A stretch of DNA of 42,984 bases from Candidatus Obscuribacteraceae bacterium (GCA_044229845.1 JBGASG010000019.1:1-42984); one strand, 5' to 3'. Numbered from the stretch's first letter, positions 17,671-27,985 are shown. Notes: a model not told the origin generated them from the sequence alone. Translations and numbers: made by a program.

Positions 17671-20196
17671 TTAGTAGTCGTCGACCGTGATTTTGCCACC
17701 ATCTACGGTGACAACGATGTCGACGGCATGTTTCTTGGTGTGCGGCGGTTTCGGCAAGGGCTCGTTGTCCTTGACGGCCCGCTGCAACGCGTTGTTCAAA
17801 TCGTCTTTGGGTGAGGGAGCGGTAAGTTCCAGTTTCTTCATCAGACCGTCTTCATCGATAGTCAGCATCAGAGACGACTTGTACTCGGACTTTTTGAGTT
17901 TGTCTTTGGGAGCGCGGAATTTGGCTTGCACCATCTCTTGCAGCTGTTTGCGGTAGGCCGCAATTTGCTCTGGAGTGGCATCCGATTGACTAGACCTGGG
18001 ACCGCCTAAATCGTCATCGTTCTCGGTTCCTTCTGAGGTTCCTTGCGCGATCATTTGGGCGACCAGGCTGTTGGTCAGCATGTAATCGACCGAACCTTCT
18101 TTGGTAATTGGTTCAGCGATTACGAGCATTGTCGTGCCTGGTTTCTTCGGATTGTAGGCGCCTACCAAGGCAACTGTCTCGGACTTCTTGTTGGTCGGCG
18201 GATCTGAAGTATACGAACGCGCTAGCCAGACCTGCGATGTTTCTGGATCTTCGTGCGGATTGTTAAGGACCTCCAAGGAGCTGTTTGGCAGGTAGTTATA
18301 GAACGGCACCTTGCCCCGAAATGCATCGAGGTGTTTGATCGGTGTGTCATCCGGCCATGGAACGACCAGCCAAAACTGGTGAGCGCGCTCGCTGCGAACT
18401 CCAAAGGACGGACGCGGGGCAGTCAGTTTGCTTGTATCCTCGTAAGTAAATCCTTCCGGTAGCTTCATCGGAAAGCCGGTCTCGACCGCGATCTTGCGGG
18501 CTTTTTCCACATCGCCTGCCTGATCTGTGGTGGTGGTGGTGGCTGTCGCTGTCGGGACTTTGGTGTCCGGACCTTTAGCTACCGGCGTAGCCGGTCCGTG
18601 TGTGGCAGTAATGAAGCTGACGATCATGCAAGCAAAGCCGATGATGAAGGTGATTACAGATACGCTAAGAATCTGTACTTTGCTGAATTGCTGTAGGAAG
18701 GGCGGGTCTGAATCGAGGGCAATCTTCGGACGATCATCTTCATCGAACCCTGCTTCACTGCCGCGTGCTCTGGCTGACGAAACTTTTCGGGCCTGGATTT
18801 CAGCGGTGCTCGAACGTTCGAAAGCGAGTCCTTCGCTCGGTTCGACGATTTCGCCGGTGGCACCACGCAACCGTTTGATGCCCAGTTCGGAAAGGGCTCC
18901 AATCCAGGTCATCTGAGAAACGCGCACCGGAGGCGGCGTTTCGCCTGGTTTGACCGGAACGGGACCGTTGTGCACACCAACCAGCCGCCCATCTTTAATT
19001 ATGGCGGCTCCGCGAATGAAGGATGGTACCGGGGCGGTGTGCAGCAAACTGTTCTGTGACTGCAGGCGCGTCATGCCCGCGAAGGAGCCGTCCATCAGCA
19101 TGGGAGCGGCGGATATCGGGTCGATATAAAAGGCATGCACCGACTCCCACATTGCCAAGTCGGTGTCTCCGGCCGGCATCATAGGCTGTCCGAGTTGACC
19201 ACTCTGGTGGAAAGGTTCACCGGCGACCGGCTGCACCACGTTGGCATTGCGCAGGTCCCAGAGCAGTTTCAAAATTGTGTAGGAGTCGGCCGCAATGCGG
19301 TCAGATAGTTTGCCGATCGGCATATAGCCGTCAAGGCTTCCCCAGAGTCTTTCCGCCACCCACTTTTGAGCCGGGTTGACCTGTGAGAAATCGAATTCTT
19401 GTGCCAGGCGTGTAAAGCGTGCATTGGGACCACCCAGCACGTCGATGATGCGCGGCAGCTCGCTGGCCCGACGTTGGGCTTCAGCGCACAGTCCATCGGT
19501 GGGCGTGCCGATATCCGGGACGCTTCCCCAGTTGAGCGCGCTGTTTGTCTGCATGAAGAAGTTGCCGTTCGGGCGGCGCCACATGAGTTCGCAGACGGCC
19601 AGTTCGTTCTGCGTATCGCCATACACCGCTTTGACGATCCGCCCCTGACGGATCAAAAGCCGGCAGTAAGGCACGTTGCGTTCATCGCAAAATGAAAGTG
19701 TTCCGGTGCGCTGCGTCTGCAACACGTTTTGCAGAACCTGCACCGTCTCTCTTTGCTCGATGCGTCCGGAAAGGTCCTGGGGTGTTATGTCGAGCGGCAA
19801 GGCCAGGGCGCGATTCAATTCGCCGATTTTGTCGGGTGCCATCTCGATCAATTCAGCTTCGAGAGTGAGTGTCGCGATGTCGTTCTCAAAGAGAACCGCC
19901 GGCACCTCGACGTTCATGGCCAGAGATTGGTAATGATCGCGGGCTGCGCGCTTGTCGAAATCAGGATGCAGTCCTACCGCTTTCACGCAAAATTGCAAGT
20001 TGGGATATGGAAAGTCGACCATCAACGCCCAGGGCGACTCGGCGTAATTGGCAACAACACTGGCCGGAACTACAACGCGACTCTTTGAAATCAACCAGGC
20101 TTGACCAAGGGGCTTTTCATTGCCGATGGCCCGATCAACGATAATGCCGGTGGCGTCTGCTAGCGCCTGAATTACATTCCTGACCTCAGTAACCAT
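17671..20196 (-). CDS. Multidomain membrane protein: degenerate trypsin-like domain / DUF4388(PatA-N)-like / TM / TonB C-terminal-like domain
   Basis: LSGRI..VLQ....RTGTL...L.IRQGRIVKA (DUF4388-like); one TM near 18610-18672; C-term YRKQLQEMV..IDEDG..L..PS..LNNALQRAV..EPLPKPP. Confidence 0.75.
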   Translation of the reverse strand: MVTEVRNVIQALADATGIIVDRAIGNEKPLGQAWLISKSRVVVPASVVANYAESPWALMVDFPYPNLQFCVKAVGLHPDFDKRAARDHYQSLAMNVEVPAVLFENDIATLTLEAELIEMAPDKIGELNRALALPLDITPQDLSGRIEQRETVQVLQNVLQTQRTGTLSFCDERNVPYCRLLIRQGRIVKAVYGDTQNELAVCELMWRRPNGNFFMQTNSALNWGSVPDIGTPTDGLCAEAQRRASELPRIIDVLGGPNARFTRLAQEFDFSQVNPAQKWVAERLWGSLDGYMPIGKLSDRIAADSYTILKLLWDLRNANVVQPVAGEPFHQSGQLGQPMMPAGDTDLAMWESVHAFYIDPISAAPMLMDGSFAGMTRLQSQNSLLHTAPVPSFIRGAAIIKDGRLVGVHNGPVPVKPGETPPPVRVSQMTWIGALSELGIKRLRGATGEIVEPSEGLAFERSSTAEIQARKVSSARARGSEAGFDEDDRPKIALDSDPPFLQQFSKVQILSVSVITFIIGFACMIVSFITATHGPATPVAKGPDTKVPTATATTTTTDQAGDVEKARKIAVETGFPMKLPEGFTYEDTSKLTAPRPSFGVRSERAHQFWLVVPWPDDTPIKHLDAFRGKVPFYNYLPNSSLEVLNNPHEDPETSQVWLARSYTSDPPTNKKSETVALVGAYNPKKPGTTMLVIAEPITKEGSVDYMLTNSLVAQMIAQGTSEGTENDDDLGGPRSSQSDATPEQIAAYRKQLQEMVQAKFRAPKDKLKKSEYKSSLMLTIDEDGLMKKLELTAPSPKDDLNNALQRAVKDNEPLPKPPHTKKHAVDIVVTVDGGKITVDDY

Positions 20197-20333
20197 GTAT
20201 TCCTCGCCCTGTCGTGTCTGAGATGGTTATACCACTCCTTACTTCCGGGGAGCCAAGCTGGTCATATACTCCCGGGCAAAGACGCTCAAATGCACGGATG
20301 TAAAGCTTCTTCGGTCCGTATTTTATGAGCAGC

Positions 20334-20777
20334 TCAAGGGGACTTCGGGGCGGCCGCTTGATTTAAGTGACTGGACGTCTGACCTGAAACTCCGGCAGGC
20401 TGCGACGTCTGGGTTTTGGGCGCCAGAATGGTGGCGTTGACATTGGTCCACGAGGGCGGCAGGCAATAGCGGCAGGGGGCGTATTTAGCCGCGATGGCAT
20501 CTTTACGGAAGTGAAACAACTCGGTATGTCCCGTCCACATCGCCTTGGCAAAAGGACAGGAAGGTTTGTGAAACTTGAGCGAGAAGTTGTTGCCCACATA
20601 CTTGTAGGGGGTTAGTTCGTCTGCCGGCTCGACGCTTTTGGATACCTTGCCGGATTCACCAGCTGATTTGGAAACCCCATCAGCCGCCCGGGCCGGACTC
20701 ACCGCCGCCAGCATTGACCAGGTGACAGCAATGGCGAAAAGCTGCGCAGACGCAGTGAGGTTGCCGTTCATATCCAC
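20334..20777 (-). CDS. Exported protein with Ada-type metal-binding domain
   Basis: Signal peptide; YVGN..SLKFHKPSC...F..RKDAIAAKYAPCRYC.P. Confidence 0.8.
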   Translation of the reverse strand: MDMNGNLTASAQLFAIAVTWSMLAAVSPARAADGVSKSAGESGKVSKSVEPADELTPYKYVGNNFSLKFHKPSCPFAKAMWTGHTELFHFRKDAIAAKYAPCRYCLPPSWTNVNATILAPKTQTSQPAGVSGQTSSHLNQAAAPKSP

Positions 20778-20866
20778 TCTATATAAATTCGACAGCGAGG
20801 CGCTGCCAAAAATTGGCGTCCTACAATTTGTATACGCTGGGCGTGGTGAAAAAGTTCAATTCGGAT

Positions 20867-21193
20867 TTAGCGCAGCGGCAACCGAGTCAATGGTGCTGTT
20901 TCGCGTTGCATCATACGACGCTCGACGCCTTCGACCCAGTCCTTCAGTAGGCTCATGTGCTGCTGTTCGCGTTCGCTCAGTTCAGCTTGATCCTTGAGTT
21001 GATTGTAATACTTCAAAAGATTCGTGAAGAGGCGAAACACAGCTTCGGACTGCGATTTGCCGGTGCAAAGAATATCCAACTCCGGCACGCCGACCATGAC
21101 GCGTTTGCCTTTCTGCCACAGTTTCGCCGATAGCGAACCGTCGCTCCAGGGGAGTGCTACGTTCCAAACATTTTGTGCTCGTGTCTGCTTCAT
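20867..21193 (-). CDS. Hypothetical protein, HicB-like N-terminal fold
   Basis: VMVGVPELDILCTGKSQSEAV..L...L..Y resembles the HicB V.FPDL....T.G.T.EEA pattern. Confidence 0.6.
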   Translation of the reverse strand: MKQTRAQNVWNVALPWSDGSLSAKLWQKGKRVMVGVPELDILCTGKSQSEAVFRLFTNLLKYYNQLKDQAELSEREQQHMSLLKDWVEGVERRMMQRETAPLTRLPLR

Positions 21194-21527
21194 CAGCTTT
21201 TATATGGACCGGAGATTTGGCATCGAAACTGTAGCAGTGGTTTGTATGGTTCTGCGATCGGCTTTGGATGCCTGACTCTGAATACGGTTGAATCTTTCAA
21301 TAGATTCGCGGCGACACTTTGCCCTCAATTAGTATAGCTCCAAATGGACGTTTCAAAGCGAAATCAATTCCGCAAAAGTAATATTTCATCGAATCAGATT
21401 TCTGTAAGGGCGATTCTGAGTGCGTTTCACGAGTTTGCCTCGGATGCGGAAGTGTTGGCTGTGCAACAAAATCGGCGCCAAATCCGGCATGCGAAGTGAG
21501 TTTTCGAACTGCATATATAGATGCGAC

Positions 21528-22454
21528 TTATGCACCAATATGATGCAGCACGCTGGAGGCAAGGTCTGCAGGCGACTGTTCGTCCACAGCAAACCATCTA
21601 ATTAGTGAGTTGGCTCTGAACCAGATCAGTTGGCGGCGTGCCAACTGCCTGTTGTGCAGGGTGCAGAGGCTGATGGCTTCCTCGAGAGAAATTTTCCCTT
21701 CAATATGTTCGACCATTTCTTTGTAATTGACAGTGTTCATTACCGACTGATTGGCGCCGTACTGGTCGTAGAGAGACTGCACCTCTGCCGTCAGTCCGTC
21801 GGCAAGCTGCTGTTGAAAGCGTGTTTCGATCGCATCGCCCAGTTTGGCGCGGTCCGTGACGGTAAGCCCAATCCAGGTCGTGTCGTATGGAGGATCCTCC
21901 CGGCGCGTGAGGGTAGAAAATGGTGCGCCCGCAATAAGAGTGACCTCCAGCGCCCGGATGACACGAAAACGGTCGTTGATGCTCAGCCTTTCCGCCGTAA
22001 CCGGATCCAGTTCGTTTAGCCGACGATGCAGCGCATCGTTGCCCTCGGCTTCGGCAAACTGATTGAGCTGGGCGCGCAACTCGGGTTGCGGGGCAACTTG
22101 TGGGATTACCAGTCCTTCCAATAACGCTCGTGCGTAAAAGCCTGTCCCTCCGACCACCAAGGGCAATTTCCCCCTCGCCGTAATAGATTGGATTGCCTCG
22201 CCCGCCTGTGCCCGATACTGGGCGACGGTATAAACCTCATCTGGTTCGGCTACATCTAAAAGATGATGTGGGATTGCGGCTTGTTCGGTTTTGGAAGGTT
22301 TGGCGGTGCCGATATCAAATCGGCGATAAACCGTTCGCGAATCGCAAGCCACCACTTCTGCCGGCAGATGCTCGGCAATGCGCAGGCTGAGGGCTGTCTT
22401 CCCTGTGCAAGTAGGTCCGACAATAGCAATCACTCGCGGTTTCACGGCTGTCAC
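21528..22454 (-). CDS. miaA: tRNA dimethylallyltransferase
   Basis: GPTCTGKT, DSRTVY..FDIGTAKP, HHLLD, VGGTGFY, RVIRALEV, ARRQLIWF; GTG start overlapping the upstream TAG. Confidence 0.97.
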   Translation of the reverse strand: MTAVKPRVIAIVGPTCTGKTALSLRIAEHLPAEVVACDSRTVYRRFDIGTAKPSKTEQAAIPHHLLDVAEPDEVYTVAQYRAQAGEAIQSITARGKLPLVVGGTGFYARALLEGLVIPQVAPQPELRAQLNQFAEAEGNDALHRRLNELDPVTAERLSINDRFRVIRALEVTLIAGAPFSTLTRREDPPYDTTWIGLTVTDRAKLGDAIETRFQQQLADGLTAEVQSLYDQYGANQSVMNTVNYKEMVEHIEGKISLEEAISLCTLHNRQLARRQLIWFRANSLIRWFAVDEQSPADLASSVLHHIGA

Positions 22455-23074
22455 TAACGCGCGACGCTGAACATTGCGCACAGCGTTTGAAAAAATTGAG
22501 ACATCTGGGCTACGGCAATCAACAGAGGCACGACCACGGCGAGGCAAAGGGTCTGCCATAGCTTCAGGTTGAACGTTTCATGGATAGCTGCCAGTTGCAG
22601 CAGGAAAACCCAGATGGCGGGTATCAAGACAAGCAGAGCGCTGGCATGTCCAATCGCATTGTGCAGGCAGGCAATCGGACCGACAAATATCCAGGGCAAC
22701 AAACTCCAGCCCATTGTGGCGACAATAGTGCTGTATTTTTCGCGGGGCTGCCCGAACGCCAGCGCCGCCAGTCCCACTGCCCCCGAAGCAGCAAGCCAGG
22801 TAAGCAGACCGCCGATTACGGCGCCCGGAATGATAAAAGCCGCCGCATCCGGATGGCGCAGACTGACCGAACGCAACCCTTCCAGAAGAGACACCAGCGC
22901 CACAGTCACGCATGCGCCGGAAAATTGCGAACCAGCCGGCTCGCTGTCGCGGATGGCGTGCAACGTTTGCTTGGGTGCGACGAGAATCCCCAGAAACGTG
23001 TCGATCCACGGCAGTGACTTGTGCACTGCCCGTGGTGCTGATGAAGCTGGATTGAGTGAAAGCGAATCAGACAT
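22454..23074 (-). CDS. Yip1 family membrane protein
   Basis: FLGILVAPKQT start, about five hydrophobic helices, WSLLP motif. Confidence 0.75.
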   Translation of the reverse strand: MSDSLSLNPASSAPRAVHKSLPWIDTFLGILVAPKQTLHAIRDSEPAGSQFSGACVTVALVSLLEGLRSVSLRHPDAAAFIIPGAVIGGLLTWLAASGAVGLAALAFGQPREKYSTIVATMGWSLLPWIFVGPIACLHNAIGHASALLVLIPAIWVFLLQLAAIHETFNLKLWQTLCLAVVVPLLIAVAQMSQFFQTLCAMFSVAR

Positions 23075-23086
23075 ATGCGGACCTCC

Positions 23087-24076
23087 TTAATGCATGATCC
23101 ACATGGGCTGATTCTGAAACTGTGGCGAGAACGACTCGGGAAGCACGCTGCGCACAAGCGACCCGGCGCCGATATTGCTCGAGGACTTCAGGAGTGAGGA
23201 AAGAAACCCGAGCGAGGACGCCGTGTCTTCCACCTGGTAGTCGTCGCTGGCATTGAAACGTGCACGCGCGATTTTCTGCAGTGCCGCTTCCGCATCTTCA
23301 TAGCCTCCCAACTCATCCACCAGCTTGGCTGCCAGTGCCTGGCGCCCTGAGTAGATGCGGCCATCAGCCAGTTTCTTCACCTCTTCCTTGGGCATTTTGC
23401 GCCCTTCGGAAATGGCAGTGACGAACATGTCATAGCTGTCCATAATGATCGATTGCAAAAGTGCTTTTTCTTCGGGAGTCGGCGACCGATCCATGGTGCC
23501 GATGTCTTTGAAGACGCCCGATTTCACCACCATGGGCTCGACCCCGATTTTCTTTTCGATCTCGCTCAAGTTGAGCAGATGCATGATCACACCGATAGAT
23601 CCGGTGAGAGTTCCGGGTTCTGCAAAAATGCGATCGGCGGAGCAAGAGATGTAATAGCCGCCTGATGCTGCCACATCGCCCATCGAGACGACCACGGGAA
23701 TCTTCTCTTTCTGGGCGGTCTGCACTGCCGCGAGGATCTCCTGGCTCATTGCCACCGTGCCGCCGGGAGAATTGACGCGCAGCAAAATGCCTTTCACGTG
23801 TTTGTCTTTGGCCGCTTCGCGAAACTTCTTGCGTATGTAAGTCGGTGAATTGTGGTCAAAAAACGAAGAGTTGGCTTCGTCGTTGTAGATCATGCCGTCC
23901 ATGCGCAGCACCAGCAGATGATCCGTGCCCATCATTGAGAGCTTTGATTTGCTGTCGCCGTCGCGTTCTGCACGTCCTTTGTGGCGTGTGACTAAGGACA
24001 TTGGAATGGCAAGGACACAGGCAGCAAGCAGCACCCACGCCAAAATTCTCTGACGGTCAGTCAGCATAAAATACAT
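23087..24076 (-). CDS. sppA: Signal peptide peptidase SppA (S49)
   Basis: RVNSPGG, SMGDVAASGGYY, TGSIGV, KSGVFKD, DGRIYSG, LVDELG. Confidence 0.97.
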   Translation of the reverse strand: MYFMLTDRQRILAWVLLAACVLAIPMSLVTRHKGRAERDGDSKSKLSMMGTDHLLVLRMDGMIYNDEANSSFFDHNSPTYIRKKFREAAKDKHVKGILLRVNSPGGTVAMSQEILAAVQTAQKEKIPVVVSMGDVAASGGYYISCSADRIFAEPGTLTGSIGVIMHLLNLSEIEKKIGVEPMVVKSGVFKDIGTMDRSPTPEEKALLQSIIMDSYDMFVTAISEGRKMPKEEVKKLADGRIYSGRQALAAKLVDELGGYEDAEAALQKIARARFNASDDYQVEDTASSLGFLSSLLKSSSNIGAGSLVRSVLPESFSPQFQNQPMWIMH

Positions 24077-24166
24077 AACCTCACGAGCTGAAATCAGCCC
24101 GTATTATAGCCACAGCCAATGATCAGATCGCCTGTCAGCAGCTCCTGCGTTTACAAGAAACGACGG

Positions 24167-25459
24167 CTACATCGGTTTATGGATTTTTTTCTGGCTCTCT
24201 GTCTCGACGGCAGGCTTTGTGCCGATTTGAACGTTGGGAGAGGTGTTCAGCTGAGGATTGATCGAGTTCGGCGCTCCCGGATTGGTCTGATCGCCTGCCA
24301 GGCTTTTGAGCATATTGCGCTCGGCTATCAACTGCTGATCTAGTTTGCTGACTGCATCAGCTCCGGCTAAATCCACAAGACTTTGACGCTCACGGCGAAT
24401 GTTTTCGCCGAGGGCTTCGATATCGCGTTTTGCTTTACGGAGGGTGTACTCCATTTCGATCGCTTTCGCCGGGTCAACAGTTATGTTTGACTCGGCGACC
24501 ATGCGCTGCAGGTCATTGAAGTCTTGTTGGGCGGACTCAAACGCTGTCTGTTCTTTCTTGTAGTCGCGGTAGTTTTCGACCAGTTTGTCGGCGACGTCGC
24601 GGACGATCTTATATAGGATGGTGGCTTGCTCTTGCGAAATCGCGTATTTTTTCGCTTGCTTCGCTTCATGGCTGGAGAAAAGGTTAGCCAGCAAGCTGGC
24701 GCCGGCGTTGCTGCCCATGAACATAGCCGGGCTGGGAGTAGGTGCCAGCATTGGTGCGGCAGCCAGGACTCCGAACAATGCTTGTCCGAGCGCCTTCATC
24801 ATGTAGGCGGTGGCGTGCGATTGATCCGAAGTGGGTTGCAACTTATTGATGACGAATTGGATATCAGGGTTGCGCAAAATGGTGGCTTGCCACAGATCTT
24901 GCAACTGAGTTTTTTCTGCGCTCAGTTCGTTTTCGATCTTCTGATTCTCTTCGTCTTCTGATTCTCTGAGAGCGAGCGGTCCGGCGTCGACCGGTTTGTT
25001 TTTGCCGAGGTCGCTGGCTTTTTTGCTGCTCACTACGGACTGGCTGTTGCCTGAGGCGGGCGCCGTTGGATCGGTGCCCGCAGCATTGTCTTTCGCTGCG
25101 TAGGTATCTGTGTTGACGTTGCCGTGCAGAGTGCCTTCACCGGGGGTGGTGGCAGCCGTGGTCTCGCCATTGAGGGTGAGCGGGCGCAGGTCGTCGCTGC
25201 TGCTGCCCGGTGCGGCAGCTGCCGCAGCATCTGCTGCGGCTGGTGACGAACTGGTATCACCGGCGGGTTTGCTACTATCTATGGTGACATCGTTGGTGCT
25301 CGGTCCGGCGCTGTCGATCAGTTTGTCGTACGTGGGCATCTCGAATGAGAGCCGCTTCGCCTGCGCGACCGGAGCCAGAGTAATGGAGCCAGCCAGTGCG
25401 AAGACAGCCAGTGCTGCTACGCATTTTTTGCTGGTGCGCCCATTAGCCAGGTATGCCAT
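24167..25459 (-). CDS. Exported hypothetical protein with C-terminal coiled-coil
   Basis: Signal peptide ..AQA|K, low-complexity linker, helical C-terminal half. Confidence 0.8.
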   Translation of the reverse strand: MAYLANGRTSKKCVAALAVFALAGSITLAPVAQAKRLSFEMPTYDKLIDSAGPSTNDVTIDSSKPAGDTSSSPAAADAAAAAAPGSSSDDLRPLTLNGETTAATTPGEGTLHGNVNTDTYAAKDNAAGTDPTAPASGNSQSVVSSKKASDLGKNKPVDAGPLALRESEDEENQKIENELSAEKTQLQDLWQATILRNPDIQFVINKLQPTSDQSHATAYMMKALGQALFGVLAAAPMLAPTPSPAMFMGSNAGASLLANLFSSHEAKQAKKYAISQEQATILYKIVRDVADKLVENYRDYKKEQTAFESAQQDFNDLQRMVAESNITVDPAKAIEMEYTLRKAKRDIEALGENIRRERQSLVDLAGADAVSKLDQQLIAERNMLKSLAGDQTNPGAPNSINPQLNTSPNVQIGTKPAVETESQKKIHKPM

Positions 25460-25662
25460 TTTTTCTCACCTTTCTTTATGCGCATCGTATTGGAGATTGA
25501 AGACGGCGCTCTATTGGACTCATGACAAGTCCTCAATCCCAGAGGGCACGACTATAACACACTCAAAACCGGTGAATTCAAGGGGTCAAAACTAACAAAT
25601 GCCAGTAGATTCTGCCCTGGCAGATGTTGATAACTATTTGATCATTTGTATAACGATAGAAA

Positions 25663-27774
25663 TTAATTGCGCGGCATGAAGCAATAAATCAACAGCCCGA
25701 CAAGCAGGATCAGACCGGCGATCTGATCGGCAACGAAGGGCATAAACTGCCAGAACTGCGTACCCATAAAGGTAACTACCGCATATCCCTTCATTAGCAA
25801 GACGACCGCGACCACCGCTCCGAGAACGGTGCGCGCGGCACCGCTGGCAACTGGCGACTCGCCTGATGTGCCTGGCATCGGCGGTCCCGAACGCTGGTTG
25901 AAGCGATTATTGGTCGGGAATGCGTCTTCATCCGCGCCTTCCTCGGCAACGTTGCTGAGCAGGCGTGAACCCGTGCGTTTGGACGGCATGGCTTCACTCT
26001 TGCCGCCACCACGAGCGGTGTCGGCGTCATCCTTGAATCCGCCGGCGCCTGGATGAGGCAGTGGACCTGTGCCTGTGTTTGATTTGCCGGCGGGCGGCAC
26101 GGCCGTGATGCTGGCGGCTGGGGTCGGTTCGCCCGGTTGACGGCGCAGTTTAGAGTAATCTTCGACTGGATATTCAGATGATGGTGCCGGAGCCTGCGGA
26201 GCGACCGGTGCGCCCATGGCAGCCGGATTGCCCATGCCCGGACCGGACGGTGCGCCGGCATTGCCCATTGTCGAGTTCATCTGTCCCGCCCCGGGCATCA
26301 GTGAGGGACCGCCCGGCGCCGGCATGGGTGAAGGATTGCCGGGAGGCAGCGCATTGCCCTGTCCGGAGACGCTGGTGTCGGAGTTGTTCCATAGTGGTCC
26401 GCTGCCCATGGCGGCGTTGGTCGGGTAATTAGGTTGTTGTCCGGACAGTGCTTGCGGGTCACTGCTGGCGGTGCCGCCGCCTTTATCGGAATACCAGGTG
26501 CCGGTGCCCTGGAATTTGCCCGCCGGCGGCTGGTTGCCGCCCGCGTCGGTTTGCAGCGGTTCGCCACCCGGTCTGGGTGCCGGCGGTCCGCCTGCCTGTC
26601 CAGCGCCCGCCCAGCCGCCTTGAGAAGATGCGGACGGCTGCGGTGCCGGTGGTTGTGGCATGGAGGCTTGAGGCTGTGGCTGACCTGGCAACGGGGGTTG
26701 CACAGGCGCCGACATTTGCTGCGGCACAGGCGGCGCCACGGGCTGAGGCTGTGGTACCGGCTGCGGTGCCGGTGGTTGCGGCATGATCGCCTGCGGCGCC
26801 GGGGCTGGTTGTGGTGGTACCGCCGGTGATGGCGACGTGCCGTGACTGCCGGTGGAGCGCTTGGCGGCCAGCAATGGAGAGCGCAAGACGTTCGGATTGT
26901 CTTCGTCGGCATACGGGTCGTCTTCTTCGTCGTAATAGTCACCGCCGCCGCCATAATCGTCGCCGCCGCCGCCCGAGAGCATGCGGGAGCGCAGTTTGGG
27001 CTTGCCGCCGGTCTGTCCGCCGCGCGCGGGCGGGGCATCGCTTGGATAGTCATTGTAGTCTGGTTCGCCTCCACCGCCACCGAGAAGCGGTGAACGCATC
27101 TTGCCACCACGGGCGCTACCACCGCCGGCGTTCGCCTGCGGCTGGTCTGTTTCATCCTCACCGCCCAGCAAAGGTGAGCGCAGCGGTCCGGACTTTTGAC
27201 GATGCGGGAAAGACGACCCGCCTGAGTTACCTTGCGGTCCGCCGAAATTTTCCGGCTCGTCGTCGAATTCTTCTTGCGCCAAAAGCGGCGAACGCAGTTT
27301 GCGCGGTGGTGAAGAGTGCCCCTGGTCTGGCTCTGCACCGGGCATTGGTTGGTTGTCTTCGTCTTTGCTCATGCGGCGTAGCCTATCGAGTTCGGGATTT
27401 TCACTGCTCACTGGTCCTGCCGAGCCGGATGGCGGAGCCCCACCCAAGAGCGGCGAATGTAGTTTGTTGCCGGGACCTGGTGGCGGCAACGGCTGCGCCA
27501 CCGGTGGTGCTGCTTCCGGCTGTGGATGCGGCTGAGGCTGTGGCTGTGGTGCCGCAGGAAGGGGTTGCGGTTGCGGCGCCGGTCCGGGCGCTCCCTGAAC
27601 CCCGGGCGTTGGTTGCGGATTGTTGATGGCATTGAAAGCGCCGGTGAAAGTGCCCGGTGGTACCGCCGGCGGCGGCCCCGGCTGGGGAGTCGGTTGCTGC
27701 AGACGCTGCCCGCACTCGGCGCAAAAACGCGCGTCGTCATCATTCGGGACGTGGCAGATGGGGCAGTCGATCAC
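25663..27774 (-). CDS. Zinc-ribbon, Pro/Gly-rich disordered membrane-anchored protein
   Basis: CPIC...N...ARFCAECG N-terminus; long P/G/Q-rich region; two C-terminal TM helices; AAGGAG RBS, GTG start. Confidence 0.85.
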   Translation of the reverse strand: MIDCPICHVPNDDDARFCAECGQRLQQPTPQPGPPPAVPPGTFTGAFNAINNPQPTPGVQGAPGPAPQPQPLPAAPQPQPQPHPQPEAAPPVAQPLPPPGPGNKLHSPLLGGAPPSGSAGPVSSENPELDRLRRMSKDEDNQPMPGAEPDQGHSSPPRKLRSPLLAQEEFDDEPENFGGPQGNSGGSSFPHRQKSGPLRSPLLGGEDETDQPQANAGGGSARGGKMRSPLLGGGGGEPDYNDYPSDAPPARGGQTGGKPKLRSRMLSGGGGDDYGGGGDYYDEEDDPYADEDNPNVLRSPLLAAKRSTGSHGTSPSPAVPPQPAPAPQAIMPQPPAPQPVPQPQPVAPPVPQQMSAPVQPPLPGQPQPQASMPQPPAPQPSASSQGGWAGAGQAGGPPAPRPGGEPLQTDAGGNQPPAGKFQGTGTWYSDKGGGTASSDPQALSGQQPNYPTNAAMGSGPLWNNSDTSVSGQGNALPPGNPSPMPAPGGPSLMPGAGQMNSTMGNAGAPSGPGMGNPAAMGAPVAPQAPAPSSEYPVEDYSKLRRQPGEPTPAASITAVPPAGKSNTGTGPLPHPGAGGFKDDADTARGGGKSEAMPSKRTGSRLLSNVAEEGADEDAFPTNNRFNQRSGPPMPGTSGESPVASGAARTVLGAVVAVVLLMKGYAVVTFMGTQFWQFMPFVADQIAGLILLVGLLIYCFMPRN

Positions 27775-27985
27775 TTTGGGTTCTCCTTCCAGCTTTCTGT
27801 AAAGCTAGATTCTTCTTGCTTTCTGAATAGATTATTCCCTAAGTACGTTGCACTTTTTATGCAATATCAAACCTGCCTAATTTAGTTTGCCAAGTGTGCT
27901 GCTATGCTGGCCAGTCCTTCCACAGCTCAGATTGTGAGCTCAAATCAGGCGCCGGGGCGGCGTTTCCGGCATAAAGGAGATTCTA

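Noticed and set aside
25794..27743. Many overlapping Arg/Pro-rich ORFs
   Set aside because: GC-rich low-complexity shadows of the Zn-ribbon gene
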